Below, piece by piece: positions 41,606 to 54,435 of a stretch of DNA of 64,000 bases. Source of the DNA: Camelus dromedarius (Eukaryota). The DNA lies in assembly GCF_036321535.1 (NCBI RefSeq), contig NC_087436.1, forward strand, positions 30,444,001 to 30,508,000, given 5' to 3'. The position numbers and the translations under genes were made by a program. The notes under the pieces are model-generated. The model worked only from the letters and a program-made list of their open reading frames with translations, was not told the DNA's origin and did no database searches. Positions within the stretch are counted from its first letter, which is position 1. Every line of letters begins with the position of its first letter.

Positions 41606-42589
41606 CAATTCAGGAACTAAGCAAAGTGACCTTGGTTCTTTATATATTTGAGTTATTCAGGCCAAATAATGTTTCATCTGAATAATCTTGAAATGAAATT
41701 TATTGCCTTTTATCATAATTGTATAAATGTTTAAATCAGAAGTCATTTGATGAAGTCATTTCATGAATTTGTAGAAATGTTATAACAAAATAAAACTATA
41801 TAGGTTGATGATATTTACAATCAAAAAGGATAACAAGCTTCATCAGAATGTCACAAATAAAGTATTAAATTGTCCTTAAACTTCATATTCTTTATTTCAC
41901 CAATGACACTATTCAAAAACATGGGTCCCTCTCTACCAACAGTAAACTTTATGCTATTTATTAGTTCATACATTTTCATAAACATTCTCCCATTTTTTAT
42001 TTCTATAGAGTTGCCTGGAGTTAATTTTGTTATTAATTCTCAGTTATAATCATGAAAACCCTGTATACTCTATAAACTATTCCTGTATCTTAATATATAC
42101 ATGTACTAGCAAAGAATCATTAATCCAATATACCTAAAATAAATTCATGTGAAGGAATTAATTAAAATGACAATAAATGAAGAGCCAGTTTGCTCTGTAG
42201 AATTGTTTTTTTCAACACAGCAAAACAATTCAAAGTACATTGGCATATAAAAAAAGTATACTGAAAAAGGTGAAGATGAGAATTCAACAATAAAAACCAT
42301 GTAAAGTATCATGAAGTTTGTATTTTCAGGGTAAGGACAGATATGATTAACAGATATGTAATCTTTGTATTTGGTCAAAAGCTGAGTATCACATCCTGCT
42401 CAGGTATGTGAATTATTCAAGACACCAGAGAAATTTCTTAAATGGCTTTTTTGTGCAAGAAAATGAAGATTTCACTTTTAAAGAGAAAAATGCAATTTTT
42501 AGATGCAGATAAAGTAAGCATTCCAGAATGTAATCTCATTCAATTGAAAAAATAAAGCAATTTTTGTATGTTTGCACATGCAAGTTGAG

Positions 42590-43240
42590 TAATTGTCTCT
42601 CATCCCATTAATACTGACTAAGCATCTACAGCATGGCAAGCAGTTTCATTATGTAATGCCAGTCACCTGATATGCATGTGGGGTACCTGACACATGCAGT
42701 CCCAATCTTCCAAAGACTCACAGTTTAGTAAAATATGGACAAATCTATAAGCAACTAAAGTGTCATGGTAGTCCAGGGGAAGGATCCCAGTCCAGAGTAG
42801 ACAAGGGGTTCATGGAGGCTTCATAGAGGATCAATGTCTAAACTGAGGTTTCAAGAATGAGAATTTAGCTAAATGAAGACTCCAAAGTAGCAGGTGTCAT
42901 GGGTATACTGAACATACCAACAGGAGTAGGTGTGTTCATGAAACCGGCCTGCCAAGTGGGAAGAGTAGAGGAAAGAGAAAAGAATCCTGGAGAAACAACC
43001 AAGTATTGGACCACGAAGAACTTGCAATCCCTGCCAAAAGTTTACATACTTAATCCAGAAGCCAATAGGAAACCAGTAAATATTTTTAAGCAAGCAACAA
43101 GAGACTGAGGTCACGGCACCCCAATTTACAAAAAGCTATTCTGTGGTGTGTAAGATAGATCAAAAGCATTCATTACTAGAAACTATTGCAATATTCCAGG
43201 CCAAAGATTAGAATGGCCTAGACTACATAGGTAATAATGG
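42590..43240 (-). mobile_element. L2 LINE remnant
   Basis: ggaggcttcatagagg...aaactgag...gaatgagaa...gccaataggaaacca...ttttaagca...ctattgcaatattccagg is typical antisense L2. Confidence 0.55.
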
Positions 43241-44767
43241 GGTAAAACATACACATTTATTTAAGAACTATTAAATACATTACTAAATTTGTAATACTCA
43301 AAATATTTGTGCAATTAAATATTCTTTAGCAAGTAAAGTGTCTTTTTGAATATGCTACTTATAGCTTATTAAGTATTTGTAGGAAGTGAACCATGTGGCC
43401 ATATAATGTTAATTATATTTAAATTTTATTATGTTTTCATATATAAGAATGAATCAAAGATGATTTTTCATTTTTACCTGTTGAAATAGCCTTGAGATTG
43501 TAATTAGTCGATTCTTCACAGTTACTAAAAGATGAGTAATTTGAAAAATTTTAGATGCTATACCTAGGTACATATATAGCATAATTATGACAGAAGCTGC
43601 TATTTTATGTTAATGTGCAAATATTTATTACAAAATGAGAAAGTTTCCTCTCCTTACTTAGAGAAGTTAGTGAAATCTCTGCTTGAGATAAAAATTAGGA
43701 CTGAAAACTACTTATATCATTGATCTTGTATTTTACAGTAAATGAGGCATAGAGGGAAATGAAAAACTCCAACAGCTTAAAACATAAACTAATATATTGT
43801 GTCTCCTCTTTCTCCACACTGTTCTTTCTTCATGGATTTTACTTTCTTAAGTGGTTTTATTTTTGCATCCTGAAGAAACTGAAAAATGTCTTTTTCTTAG
43901 AAGAAAAAGATGTCATTTTGTATCTAAAATCTGCAATAACTGTATTTATCAGTACATCATATTAAACTCTGCAGTTTCCAAATCAGATTTCTGTGAAATG
44001 TTTTATTAACATATCTAAAAGTGGGCACTTTCTTTCATTTTTCATTCCTTTTTTCATTTACTTACATATCTAACCTTTCTACAGGTACAATAGTGGGGGT
44101 AGAAGAGAAAATACAATTCTTCTCTCAAGTGGTTTCCTCTCTCACGTAGAAAGTGGGTTCTGAGGGTAGGTGTATGTATCTATATATGCCTTCCTCCGAG
44201 TCATTTGCACATACATATACATTTTATTTCCTGGTACATTCCCTAAATACAAGGTTTTGCTGAGGTCCTGACAAATTTAATTTCTCTTACTATTTTTATA
44301 TTTATTAATACTATCATTAGATTTTACCTAGGATTACAGAGAGCATTCTTTTTTGTTTTCTTTTTTACTGAACCATCATCAACATTCTTTCCTTGCGTCG
44401 GCACTTAGGCTGAGTGATACTGAGTCATGCTGCAACACCAAAGGGCTCCAAGTAATGGAAGAGTGTACAAGGACACAAAGCATTTTGCCCTAATGGATCA
44501 TTCTGCAATCACAGGAGAGTGTCTTTTGTGATAAAGCAAAATATATCCTACCATGGGACTGCATCAGCTTCATGAATAAGGAAATCAGATGTGAGTCTAT
44601 TTATTTATGTGAATATGTTATCCTTTCTATTTTATGGCCAAGAAGTAAAAGAGTGAAATTTTTAAACAGCTTACCTGGGTACTCATAGGCACTTGCTTTA
44701 CTACAGAGATAGAATGAAGAAAAGAAAGAGAAAAGAAGAAAGAAGAAAGAAGAAATTAGAAAGGAGA

Positions 44768-45195
44768 AGCCAAGGCACATAGTAATCAAATTGACAAAAA
44801 TTAAGGATAAGGAGAAAATATTAAAATCAGCAAGAGAAAAGCAACAAATAACAATAAAGTTAATAACATTACTTAAGTAACACAGTATGTATGACAGAGA
44901 ACTCCTATAAGGTTATCAGCTGATTTTTCAGCAAAAACTCTACAGGATAGAAGGGAGTGGCATGATACATTTAAAGTGATGAAAGGGGAAAACTTACAAC
45001 CAACAATACTCTATCCAGCAAGGCTCTCGTTCAGATTTGACGGAGAAATCAAAAGCTTCACAGATAAACGAAAGCTAAAAGAATTCAGCACCACCAAACC
45101 AGCTTTACAACAAATGTTGAAGGTACTTTTCTAGTCATCAAACTATAAGAAAAGAGAACAAAAAGAAGAAAGAGAAAAAACAAATTTCTAGAAAA
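44768..45195 (+). mobile_element. L1 ORF1 C-terminal fragment + inter-ORF spacer
   Basis: Translates PRHIVIKLTKIKDKEKILKSAREK...PIRLSADFSAKTLQDRREWHDTFKVMK...LYPARLSFRFDGEIKSFTDKRKLKEFSTTKPALQQMLK; short insertion at ~44853-44890. Confidence 0.9.
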
Positions 45196-45196
45196 G

Positions 45197-45497
45197 ACTG
45201 CTTTGGCAATTTGGGGTCTTTTATGGTTCCATATAAATTTTGGGTTTGTTTATTCTAGTTTGGTGAAAATTGTTGTGAGTATTCTGTCAGAGGTTGCATT
45301 GGATCTGTAGATTGCTTTGGGTAATATCACCATTTTGATAATGTTGATTCTTCAAATCCAAGAGCACAGGACATCCTTCCATTTCTTTGTATCAAACTCA
45401 ATTTCCTTCATCAATGTTTTACAGTTTCCAGAGTATAGTTAACCTCCTTAGTTAAGTTTATTTCTATGTATTTTGTTGTTTTTGATGCAATGGAAAT
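45197..45497 (-). mobile_element. L1 ORF2 internal fragment
   Basis: tgctttggcaatttggggtc...tctgtagattgctttgggta matches the ORF2 segment also seen at 22410-22700. Confidence 0.85.
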
Positions 45498-45570
45498 GTT
45501 TATGCCAGTTATAAAATTCTTGCTTTTGAAGTGGAAAACAACAACAACAATAACAACAAAGTGAATGAAG

Positions 45571-46115
45571 GGCTGCAAATGGCAAAATATCTTCTTTTTT
45601 TTAATGGGTTAGTTGTATTCCATTGCATATATATGCTACATCTTATTTATCCATTCATCTACTGTTGTGCACTTAGGATGCTTCCATGTCATGGCAATTA
45701 TAAATAATGTTGCTGTTATTAGCGGGGTGTATGTATATTTTTGAATTAACATTTTAGTTTATCTCGGATATAGGCCCAGGAGTGAAATTGCTGGGCCATA
45801 TGGTAGTTCTATTTTCAGGTTTTTGAGAAACCTCCATATTGTTTTCCATAGTGGCTGCACCAATTTACATTCCTATCAACAGTGGTACAAGGGTTCCCTT
45901 TTCTCCACATCCTTGCCAACATTTGTTATTTGCATTCTTTTTGATGATGGCCATTCTGACAGGTGTGAGATATCTCATTGTGATTTTGATTTCCATTTTC
46001 CTGATATTAGTGATGTTGAGCAACTTTTTATGTGCCTGTTGGCCACCTGCATTTCTTCTTTTGGAGAAATATCTGTTCAGTTCTCCTGACCATTTTTTAA
46101 ATAGGTTGGTTGGTT
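45571..46115 (-). mobile_element. L1 ORF2 C-terminal fragment
   Basis: ccatagtggctgcaccaatttacattcc...ggccattctgacaggtgtgag. Confidence 0.85.
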
Positions 46116-46165
46116 ATTTGCTTTTTAATTGAAGTATATACAGTTAATTTTAAGTGTTGTATCAG

Positions 46166-46720
46166 GAGAGACGAGGCCAAGATGGCAGAGTAGTAGGACG
46201 CTCATAGCTCACCCTCTCCCACAGATACACCAAAACTCACATCCATGGACCCACTCAGCCAACCACAGCACCTGTGGAACTCCGACAGAACATCATCCTC
46301 TTCAAAATACAGACACCAAAAATCTGGTAGGAGAAAGGAAAAAAAGGAAGACGAAAAGGCAAAACAATGCAGGACAGGTCCCGTGGGGAGGGAGCGGCAA
46401 AGGAGGACTGGCACTCGTTCACTGTGTCTCCCCTCTCTAACGGAGAGGCCAGAGGGACAGAGGGGGAGCCTCCGAGGCTCGGATCTGTACAGAGCAGCCC
46501 TTGACCGACAGAACTAAGTTAAACGGGCACAGAGGGTCCCTGCGACACCCAGCCCGAGACCCACGCTATGCTGGAAGGGGGCGCGATCTGCTTGCCAACA
46601 GGCAATGGGAGCAGCACAGACGAGGGCGCCAACGGAGGCGCCTCTGGAAACAGCAAGCTGAGTTCGCGAAACAGGGCGAAGACAAAGACTTCTCATTAAG
46701 AGCACACAGTCTCCAGGAGA
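46166..46720 (+). promoter_or_regulatory. L1 5' UTR internal promoter, CpG-rich, with YY1 motif
   Basis: caagatggc at 46178-46186 is the YY1-type motif found at L1 5' ends; many CpGs are retained. Activity is not shown. Confidence 0.65.
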
Positions 46721-49700
46721 ACACCCCCTCCCTTTCTTTTTTTTAAAATCTGTTGTTACCTGTTGTATTTTCTATTGCCTTTTTAATTTTTACTTTTTAA
46801 ACAATTATATATCCTCCCAGTTTTAATCCCTTTTAAATTTTTCTTTAAACAATTACTAACAGAGATAAAGGGGGATATTGATGGGAATATAATCATAGTT
46901 GGAGATTTCAACACCGCATTAACATCACTAGACAGATCTTCCAGACAGAAAATAAATAAGGCAACAGAGAAATTAAATAATACAATGAAAAAATTAGATT
47001 TGGTGGATATTTTCAGAGCATTACACCTCCAAAAAATAGGATATACATTATTTTCAAGTGCACATGGAACATTTTCCAGGATTGATAATGTACTTGGGCA
47101 CAAAAGAAACCTCAGCAATTTTAAGAAGATAGAAATTATCTCAAGCATCTTTACTGACCACAATGCCATGAAACTAGAAATCAACAACAGAGAAACAAAG
47201 GAGAACAAAAGGAAAGCATGGAGATTAAACAATATATTATTAAAAAACCAATGGGTCAATGAGGAAATTAAAGCTGAAATTAAAAAATACCTTGAGACAA
47301 ATGAAAATGAAAACCACACAAAATTTATGGGACACAACAAAAGCAGTGCTAAGATGGAAGTTTATAGTGATACAGGCCTTCCTCAAAAAAGAAGAACAAT
47401 CTCAAGTAAACAATTTAACCCACCAGCTGAATGAACTAGAAAAAGGAGAACAAAAACCCCAAATGGCAGCAGAAGGAAGGAAATTATAAAGATTAGGGAA
47501 GAAATAAATAAAATACAGATTAAAAAGACCATAGAAAAAATCAATCAAACCAAAAGATGTTTTTTTGAAAAAGTAAATAAAATCGACAAACCTCTGGCCA
47601 AACTCACAAAGAAGAAAAAAGAGAGAGCACAAATTAGCAAAATAAGAAAGGATATGGAGAAATTACAACAAATAAAATAGAAATACAGAATATCATACGA
47701 GAATATTATGAAAAACTATGTGGAACCAAACTGGATAACCTAGAGGAGATGGACAAGTTTCTGGAAACATACAGTCCACCAAGATTGAATCAAGAAGAAA
47801 CTGACCACTTGAACAAACCGATCACTAGAAATGAAATCAAAATAGCAATAAAAAACCTCCCTACAAATAAAAGTCCGGGACCGGACGGCTTCACTGGGGA
47901 ATTCTACCAAACACACAAAGAAGAACTCATACGAGTCCTTCTCAAACTCTTCCAGAAGATTGAAAAGGAGGGAATACTCCCAAACTCATTCAATGAAGCC
48001 ACCACCACCCTGATACCAAAACCAGGCAAAGACACTACCAAAAAAGAGAATTACCAGCCAATATCACTGATGAACATAGATGCCAAGATCCTCACCAAAA
48101 TATTAGCAAATAGAATCCAACAACACATAAAAAAGATGATACATCATGACCAAGTGGGGTTCATCCCAGGGACACAAGGGTGGTTTAACATATGCAAATC
48201 AATCAGTGTAATACATCACATCAACAAGAGAAAGGACAAAAACCACATGATCATCTCAATCGATGCAGAAAAAGCATTTGATAAAATTCAACACCCATTT
48301 ATGATAAAAACTCTCACCAAAGTGGGTATAGAGGGAACATATCTCAACATCATAAAAGCTATATATGACAAACCTACAGCCAGCATAGTACTCAACGGTG
48401 AAAAACTCAAAAACTTCCCACTAAAATCTGGGACAAGACAAGGATGCCCACTATCACCACTCCTATTCAACATAGTCTTGGAAGTCCTAGCCACAGCAAT
48501 CAGACAAGAGAGAGAAATAAAAGGGATCCAAATTGGAAAAGAAGAGGTGAAAGTGTCACTATATGCTGACGGCATATATATAGACGACTATATATAGAAA
48601 ACCCTAAAAAGTCCACACAAAAGCTACTAGAGCTGATCGAAGAATTCAGCAAGGTAGCAGGTTACAAGATTAACGTTCAAAAATCTGTGGCATTTCTTTA
48701 CACTAACAATGAATCAACAGAAAAATAAAGTAAAGAAACAATCCCCTTTAAAATAGCACCCTAAGTAATAAAATACCTAGGAATAAACCTAATCAAGGAG
48801 CTGAAAGAATTATACACAGAAAACTATAAACCATTGATGAAGGAAATTAAAGAAGACTTTAAAAAATGGAAAGATATCCCATGCTTTTGGATTGGAAGAA
48901 TCAATATTGTTAAAATGGTCACACTGCCCAAGGCAATCTACAGATTTCATGCAATCCCTATCAAATTACCCAGGACATATTTCACAGAACTAGAACAAAT
49001 CATAATAAAATTTACATGGAACCATCAAAGACCTAGAATTGCCAAAGCATTACTGAAGAGAAAGAAAGAGGCTGGAGGAATAACTCTCCCAGACTTCAGA
49101 CAATACTATAGAGCTACAGTCATCAAGACAGAATGGTATTGGTACAAAAACAGACATATAGACCAGTGGAACAGAATAGAGAGACCAGAAATGAACCCAC
49201 AAACTTTTGGTCAACTAATCTCCGACAAAGGAGGCAAGAATACACAATGGAATAAAGACAGTCTCTTCAGCAAATGGTGTTGGGAAAACTGGACAGCAGC
49301 ATGTAAAACAATGAAGCTAGAACACTCCCTTACACCATACAAAAAAATCAACTCAAAATGGATCAAAGATTTAAACATAAGACAAGATACAATAAACTTC
49401 CTAGAGGAAAATACAGGCAAAACATTATCTGACATACATTTCAAAAATTTTCTCCTAGAAGAATAAAAGCAAGAATAAACAAATGGGACCTAATGAAACT
49501 TACAAGCTTCTGCACAGCAAAGGAAACCAGAAGTAAAACAAAAAGACAACCTACAGAATGGGAGAAAATCTTTGCAAATGAAACCAACAAAGGCTTGATC
49601 TCCAGAATATATAAGCAGCTCATACGACTTAATAAGAAACAACAAAACAACCTAATCCAAAGATGGGCAAAAGACCTGAACAAGCAATTCTCCAAGGAAG

Positions 49701-50600
49701 AAATACAAATGATCAATAAGCACATGAAAAAATGCTCAATATCACTAATTATCAGAGAAATGCAAATCAAAACTACAATGAGGTATCACCTCACACCAGT
49801 CAGAATGGCCATTATTCAAAAATCCACAAATGACAAATGTTGGAGAGGCTGTGGAGATAGGGGAACCCTCCTACACTGCTGGTGGGAATGCAGTTTGGTG
49901 CAGCCACTGTGGAAAACAGTATGGAGATTCCTCAAAAGACTAGGAATAGACTTACTGTATGACCCAGGAATCCCGCTCCTGGGCTTATATCCAGAAGGAA
50001 CCCTACTTCAGGATGACACCTGCACCCCAATGTTCATAGCAGCACTATTTACAATAGCCAAGACATGGGGAAAGCCTAAATGTCTATCAATGGATGACTG
50101 GATAAAGAAGAGGTGGTATATTTATGCAATGGATTACTACTCAGCCATAAAAACCGACAACATAATGCCATCTGCAGCAACATGGATTTTCCTGGGGAAT
50201 GTCATTCTAAGTGAAGTAAGTCAGAAAGAAAGAAAAATACCATATGAGATTGCTCATATGTGGAATCTTAAAAAACAAAAACAAAAATGAAAAAACAAAG
50301 CATAAATACAAAACAGAAATAGACTCATAGACATAGAATACAAACTTGTGGTTGCCAATGGGGCGGAGGGTGGGAAGGATAGACGGGATTTCAAAATTGT
50401 AGAATAGATAAACAAGATTATACTGTATAGCACAGGGAAATATACACAAGATCTCATGGTAGCTCACAGAGAAAAAAATGTGACAATGAATATATGTTCA
50501 TGTATAACTGAAAAATCGTGCTGTACACTGGAATTTAACACAACATTGTAAAATGATTATAAGTCAATAAAAATGTTAAAAATAAAATAAAATAAAATAA
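46166..50600 (+). mobile_element. Young L1 with intact 5' start, internal deletion of ORF1 and ORF2 N-terminus, disrupted ORF2, 3' UTR and (AAAAT)n tail
   Basis: CpG-rich 5' UTR from 46166. ORF2 resumes at ~46847 (KQLLTEIKGDIDGNIIIVGDFNT). ORFs 46985-47434 (endonuclease SRID, TDHN), 47749-48597 ([24 protein letters not shown]), 48834-49466 and 49493-50290 (CWRGC...HCWWEC). TSD aagtgttgtatcag (46152-46165) / aaatgttgtattag (50601-50614). Confidence 0.95.
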
Positions 50601-51201
50601 AAATGTTGTATTAGTTTCTGATGTACAGCATGGATGGACTTGGAGGGTATTATGCTAAGTGAAATAAGTCTGTGTGTGAATTCTGGTTCTCCCATTTACT
50701 GACAATTGGACTGTATATATATAAAGTCCCTCAAGATTTCTGTGCATAGGATTATTTCCTCAGTGTTTAAAATGAAGAAAATAATATGTGGGATAGGTTT
50801 TAGAGTTACATTAATGCTTTTAAGTGAAGTGTCTGACATGATTTCTGGCATTAAAATATGTTAGTTCATTTATTTCTTGATTGGGAAGATTATTATAAAT
50901 TATTTATTTATGAATCCCCTGGAATAAGAACAATTTTTCTCAGTCTTTTGAATTATCAGGCAATTAAATTACACATACATGGTCAATTATAATTTTATTC
51001 CTTTGACTTGACTACTTACAATTTTTCTGAAAAGATGGATAAGCTATATTGCATATTATTTTCTTCAAATTTTTTCTTTTTAGCCATAAGATACATTTTA
51101 ATTATTTTCAAATTATTAAAATCCCAGGCATGGTAAAACCAAGAGAACATAAAGATTATGTTAAATCTCAATACATAATAAGAATCAATGAGTAAATAGG
51201 T

Positions 51202-51709
51202 TATAGGGGAGCAAAATTTGTCACCACAGAATGTGTCTCATTGGTATGAAGATTAATCTAGGCTGATTATTCTTTTAAGAAACAGAAGACTCAGGAAGTG
51301 CTTCTTGTTATCACCCCCTTAACTACCTAAAATAACTTAGATAAAGTTTCTGTCCCCAGAACAGAGCTATTATCAGACATATCTGCCAAGAATATAGACC
51401 AGATATGATGGGGCAACTGCAGGGCCTAGAGATCTACCCTGTGTCCCATCTTCATGTGAATTGTCTTCCTCCCCTCTTTGAATTCCCACACCACTACCCC
51501 CAACATCCTCTTTTGTTTTTAGCTGAAGATAGTATTTAAAATAAGGGCTCTGGCCATTTTGGCAAGTTACTCAGGTTTCCAGGGTTTCTCCCCTGTGTAC
51601 ATGTTATTGAACTTTGATTTTATTCTGTTAATCTTTCTCATGTCAATTTAATTCTTAGACCAACCAGAAGAAGTTGGAAGGGTAGGAGAAAATTTCTTTC
51701 TTCTCAACA
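51202..51709 (+). mobile_element. Solo ERV1 LTR, MER34-family-like
   Basis: TA(TG)...CA termini, aaaatttgtcaccacagaatgtgtctcattggtatgaagattaa start and ggaagggtaggagaaaatttctttcttctcaaca end; 4-bp TSD aggt/agat. Confidence 0.75.
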
Positions 51710-52027
51710 AGATAAACCATAAAATAAGTATAGTCTAACAAAGTTCTCATTTTTCCGGTAATGACTAAATCAGTTTTGATATATCAAATTTTATTTCCTG
51801 AAAAAGAAACACTACTACTTATTCTGGCATTCAGGAATACAGATCACTTGCCCAATCTACTTTTATTATTTTATTACACAATGTTTCAATTCTAATACCT
51901 ATTCTTTAGTCAGATGTGACTACAAAAAAATGATACACTTTGTGATTTTTGCCTAGTTTTGCCTATACACCTGTGGATCCTTGCTCACATGCTTCCTCTG
52001 AGACATGTTCCCAACATCTTTCAAGAC

Positions 52028-52330
52028 TGTGGCAGTTTAAAAGGTAGCCCTGGTCTTTTGGCATCCCTCCCTTGGCAAGTAAGCTTCATGTCCCCTCCTA
52101 TAGTGTATCAGTCAGCCGTGTGATTGTGTCCACCACTTGCAGAAGTGATTCCATGCGATTTCCAAGGTTGGTCATGAAAAGTCTTGGGCTTCCGTCTGGT
52201 TCTCTTGAAATCTTCGCTTGCGGCGAGTTCCCTATTGGGAAGCTCCCTCTTCATCCCAAGCCCTTTGTGTCTTCCTAGCCAAGGCCTTAGACACATGGAA
52301 CAGAGACAAGCCATCGCTGCTGGGTTCCCT
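52028..52330 (+). mobile_element. MLT1G-like LTR, internally deleted
   Basis: tgtggcagtttaaaa start, gcagaagtgat...ttccaagg...ggtcatgaaaag, then cagagacaagccatc. Confidence 0.6.
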
Positions 52331-52353
52331 TCTCAAGAGGTGGGCCTCTACCT

Positions 52354-53478
52354 TCTTGGGAGACAGTCTCCCCTAAATAGTCTCATATTTCTGTATGGTC
52401 CAGGTCATGTAAGCAATGTACACTGAAAGGATGTTTGCGTAACAAACTAGAAAGCTGTAGAGTCTCTAAAAACAGGAACCTTCTGAGGGGATAAGAGTCT
52501 TAATCCCCTTTCTTTCTCCTTCCAGGAGACATTTGCTTATATCCCAGGCTAATGAACCCCATTCCCTATCTTCCCCCACAAAAGAGATTTCTGGAAAGAA
52601 GATGGGTAGGTGTACCAGCAACCTATGTAATCGCTGAATCTCAGTTTTGGGGTTTTCTCCCTTGGGACACAAATCCACTTCATGCACAGATAATGTTTGG
52701 CTCTCATCATATTGCTCTGTGGGGACTGGGGCTCTGGCTGCTGCATTTTGCTATGAGTAATCAGCTGTCTGTTTCTCTGATCCAGAAATGCTTGTGTCTC
52801 CTGCCAACACACCCACACTGTGGAAGGCTTGTTTGTTTGCATACAAACGTAGTGAGTTTGAGGGGTCTGGGTGCTGATCAAGGAAAAACATATGACCGTG
52901 AGGTGGCAGTAGCATACAACAAGCTTTATTTGGGTGGTGGTATGACAGGTTTGCATGGGTGTGTTGTGTGTAGGGAGGTGGTGCTGGGGAGTGGGGAGGT
53001 AGAGGGAAGGGAATGGGTCTTGCATGAGACCTTCTAGAGGCCATAGTACCATACCCAGAAAATTGGGAAGGCAATGGAACTTCCAGCAGGGTAGACAATC
53101 AGAGAAGGGGTTCACCTGACTACATGCTGTCAATTAACAAAATAATGGGGAGTCTCTGGGTCAGAGAATTCTGAAGGGCAGCAGTAGCCTGGGGTCATTC
53201 ATAACCCCTGGGTTTATCTTATCTATGGTTAGCAGATTCTAAGCACAGTTTCATGGTGTATTCAAAGTAGTCAATTTCAAAATGGTTAAAATATCTGCTT
53301 ACTTGGACTATATTTAAAACAACTGGATTATAAAAATTTGAGTTTGACACCTGCAGGCTTTTGAGCAAATTGGGTCCCAGCCTGCTGTGAAGTAAGCCTA
53401 GGGCCAACATGCAGGGATCATCTTTGGCTCATTTATATAACAGGTGGATAACATCTCAGACCTTCTACACTTTCTGAC
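52354..53478 (+). mobile_element. LTR40-like ERVL LTR (52354-52847 and 53442-53478)
   Basis: ttgggagacagtctcc start and gctatgagtaat...tctctgatccagaa...ctgtgg; the terminal aacatctcagaccttctacactttctgac resumes after the nested LTR. Confidence 0.7.
52848..53441 (-). mobile_element. Complete solo LTR (MER76-like, ERVL) nested in LTR40
   Basis: On the minus strand it starts TGTTATATAAATGAGCCAAAGATG, has AATAAAGCTTG near its 3' end and ends ...CACTACG (CA>CG). The family name is tentative. Confidence 0.65.
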
Positions 53479-53917
53479 TTAAGATCCCCTTAACTTGAAT
53501 CTGGATTGACTTGTGTCTGCTTTGACCAACAGAAGACAGCAGAAGTGATGCTATGGGACTTTGGATACTAGGCCATAAAAGGCCCTGCAGCTTCTCCCTT
53601 GGTCTCTTGGAAAGTTGGCTTTGCTGACACTTCCATTCAGGACTGCCCTCTCAGAAACCAGTCACTACACAGAGAAGCTCAAGTGAAATGGAGAAGCCAA
53701 GGCTCTCTGGATGGCAGTTCCAAATGAGCCCTGACTGTGAGGCATCTAAGGCCACGCAACCAACGTATTACTGAAGAAGCCCCTAGATGATCTACTCTCT
53801 GGACATTTGAGTGTTCCAGGCCGCGGCCTCATAAATCATACAGGGACGAAAAGAGACAAGGCATCTCCACTGTGCTTATCTGAATTCTTGCTTCACAGAG
53901 TCTATGAATATCATAAA

Positions 53918-54363
53918 TTTTTAAATTATAGATTATTACAAAATATTGAATATATCCCTGTGTTATACAGTAGAACCTTGCTGTTATCTATTTTATATAT
54001 AGCAGTTAGAATATGCAAATCCCAAACTCCCAATTTATCCTTCCCCACCTCCTTTCCCCTCTGGTAACCATGAGTTTGTTTTTTGTGTCTGAGTCTGTTT
54101 CTGTTTTGTAAATAAGTTCATTTGTCTCAATTTTTAAGATTCCACATATAAGTGATATCATTATGATATCTGTCTTTCTCTGTCTAAGCTAATTCACTTA
54201 GTATGATAATCTCTAAAACCATCCATCCATGCTGCTGAAAATGGCATTATTTCATTCTTTCTATGGCTGAGTACTATTCCATTATATATAATGTGGTATA
54301 TACATATACCACATCTTCTTTATCCAATCATCTGTCGACGGACATTTAGGCTGCTTCCATGTA

Positions 54364-54435
<72 letters not shown>

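Noticed and set aside
44768..45135. Idea that this ORF1 fragment is the ORF1 missing from the L1 at 46166-50600
   Set aside because: It lies outside that element's TSDs, separated by other L1 pieces, and covers only the ORF1 C-terminus; no direct link is visible.
46129..46746. Several short ORFs in the CpG-rich region suggesting a host gene or CpG-island promoter
   Set aside because: The region is the L1 5' UTR (YY1 motif, TSD boundary). An ORF0-like antisense frame cannot be supported without family comparison.
46783..50467. Antisense ORFs (185, 95, 109 aa, etc.)
   Set aside because: Routine antisense frames of A-rich L1 ORF2, not independent genes.
52549..53133. Overlapping 194, 161 and 115 aa ORFs
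   Set aside because: They span the junction of two nested LTRs and have no recognisable domain; best explained as chance ORFs in GC-richer repeat DNA.
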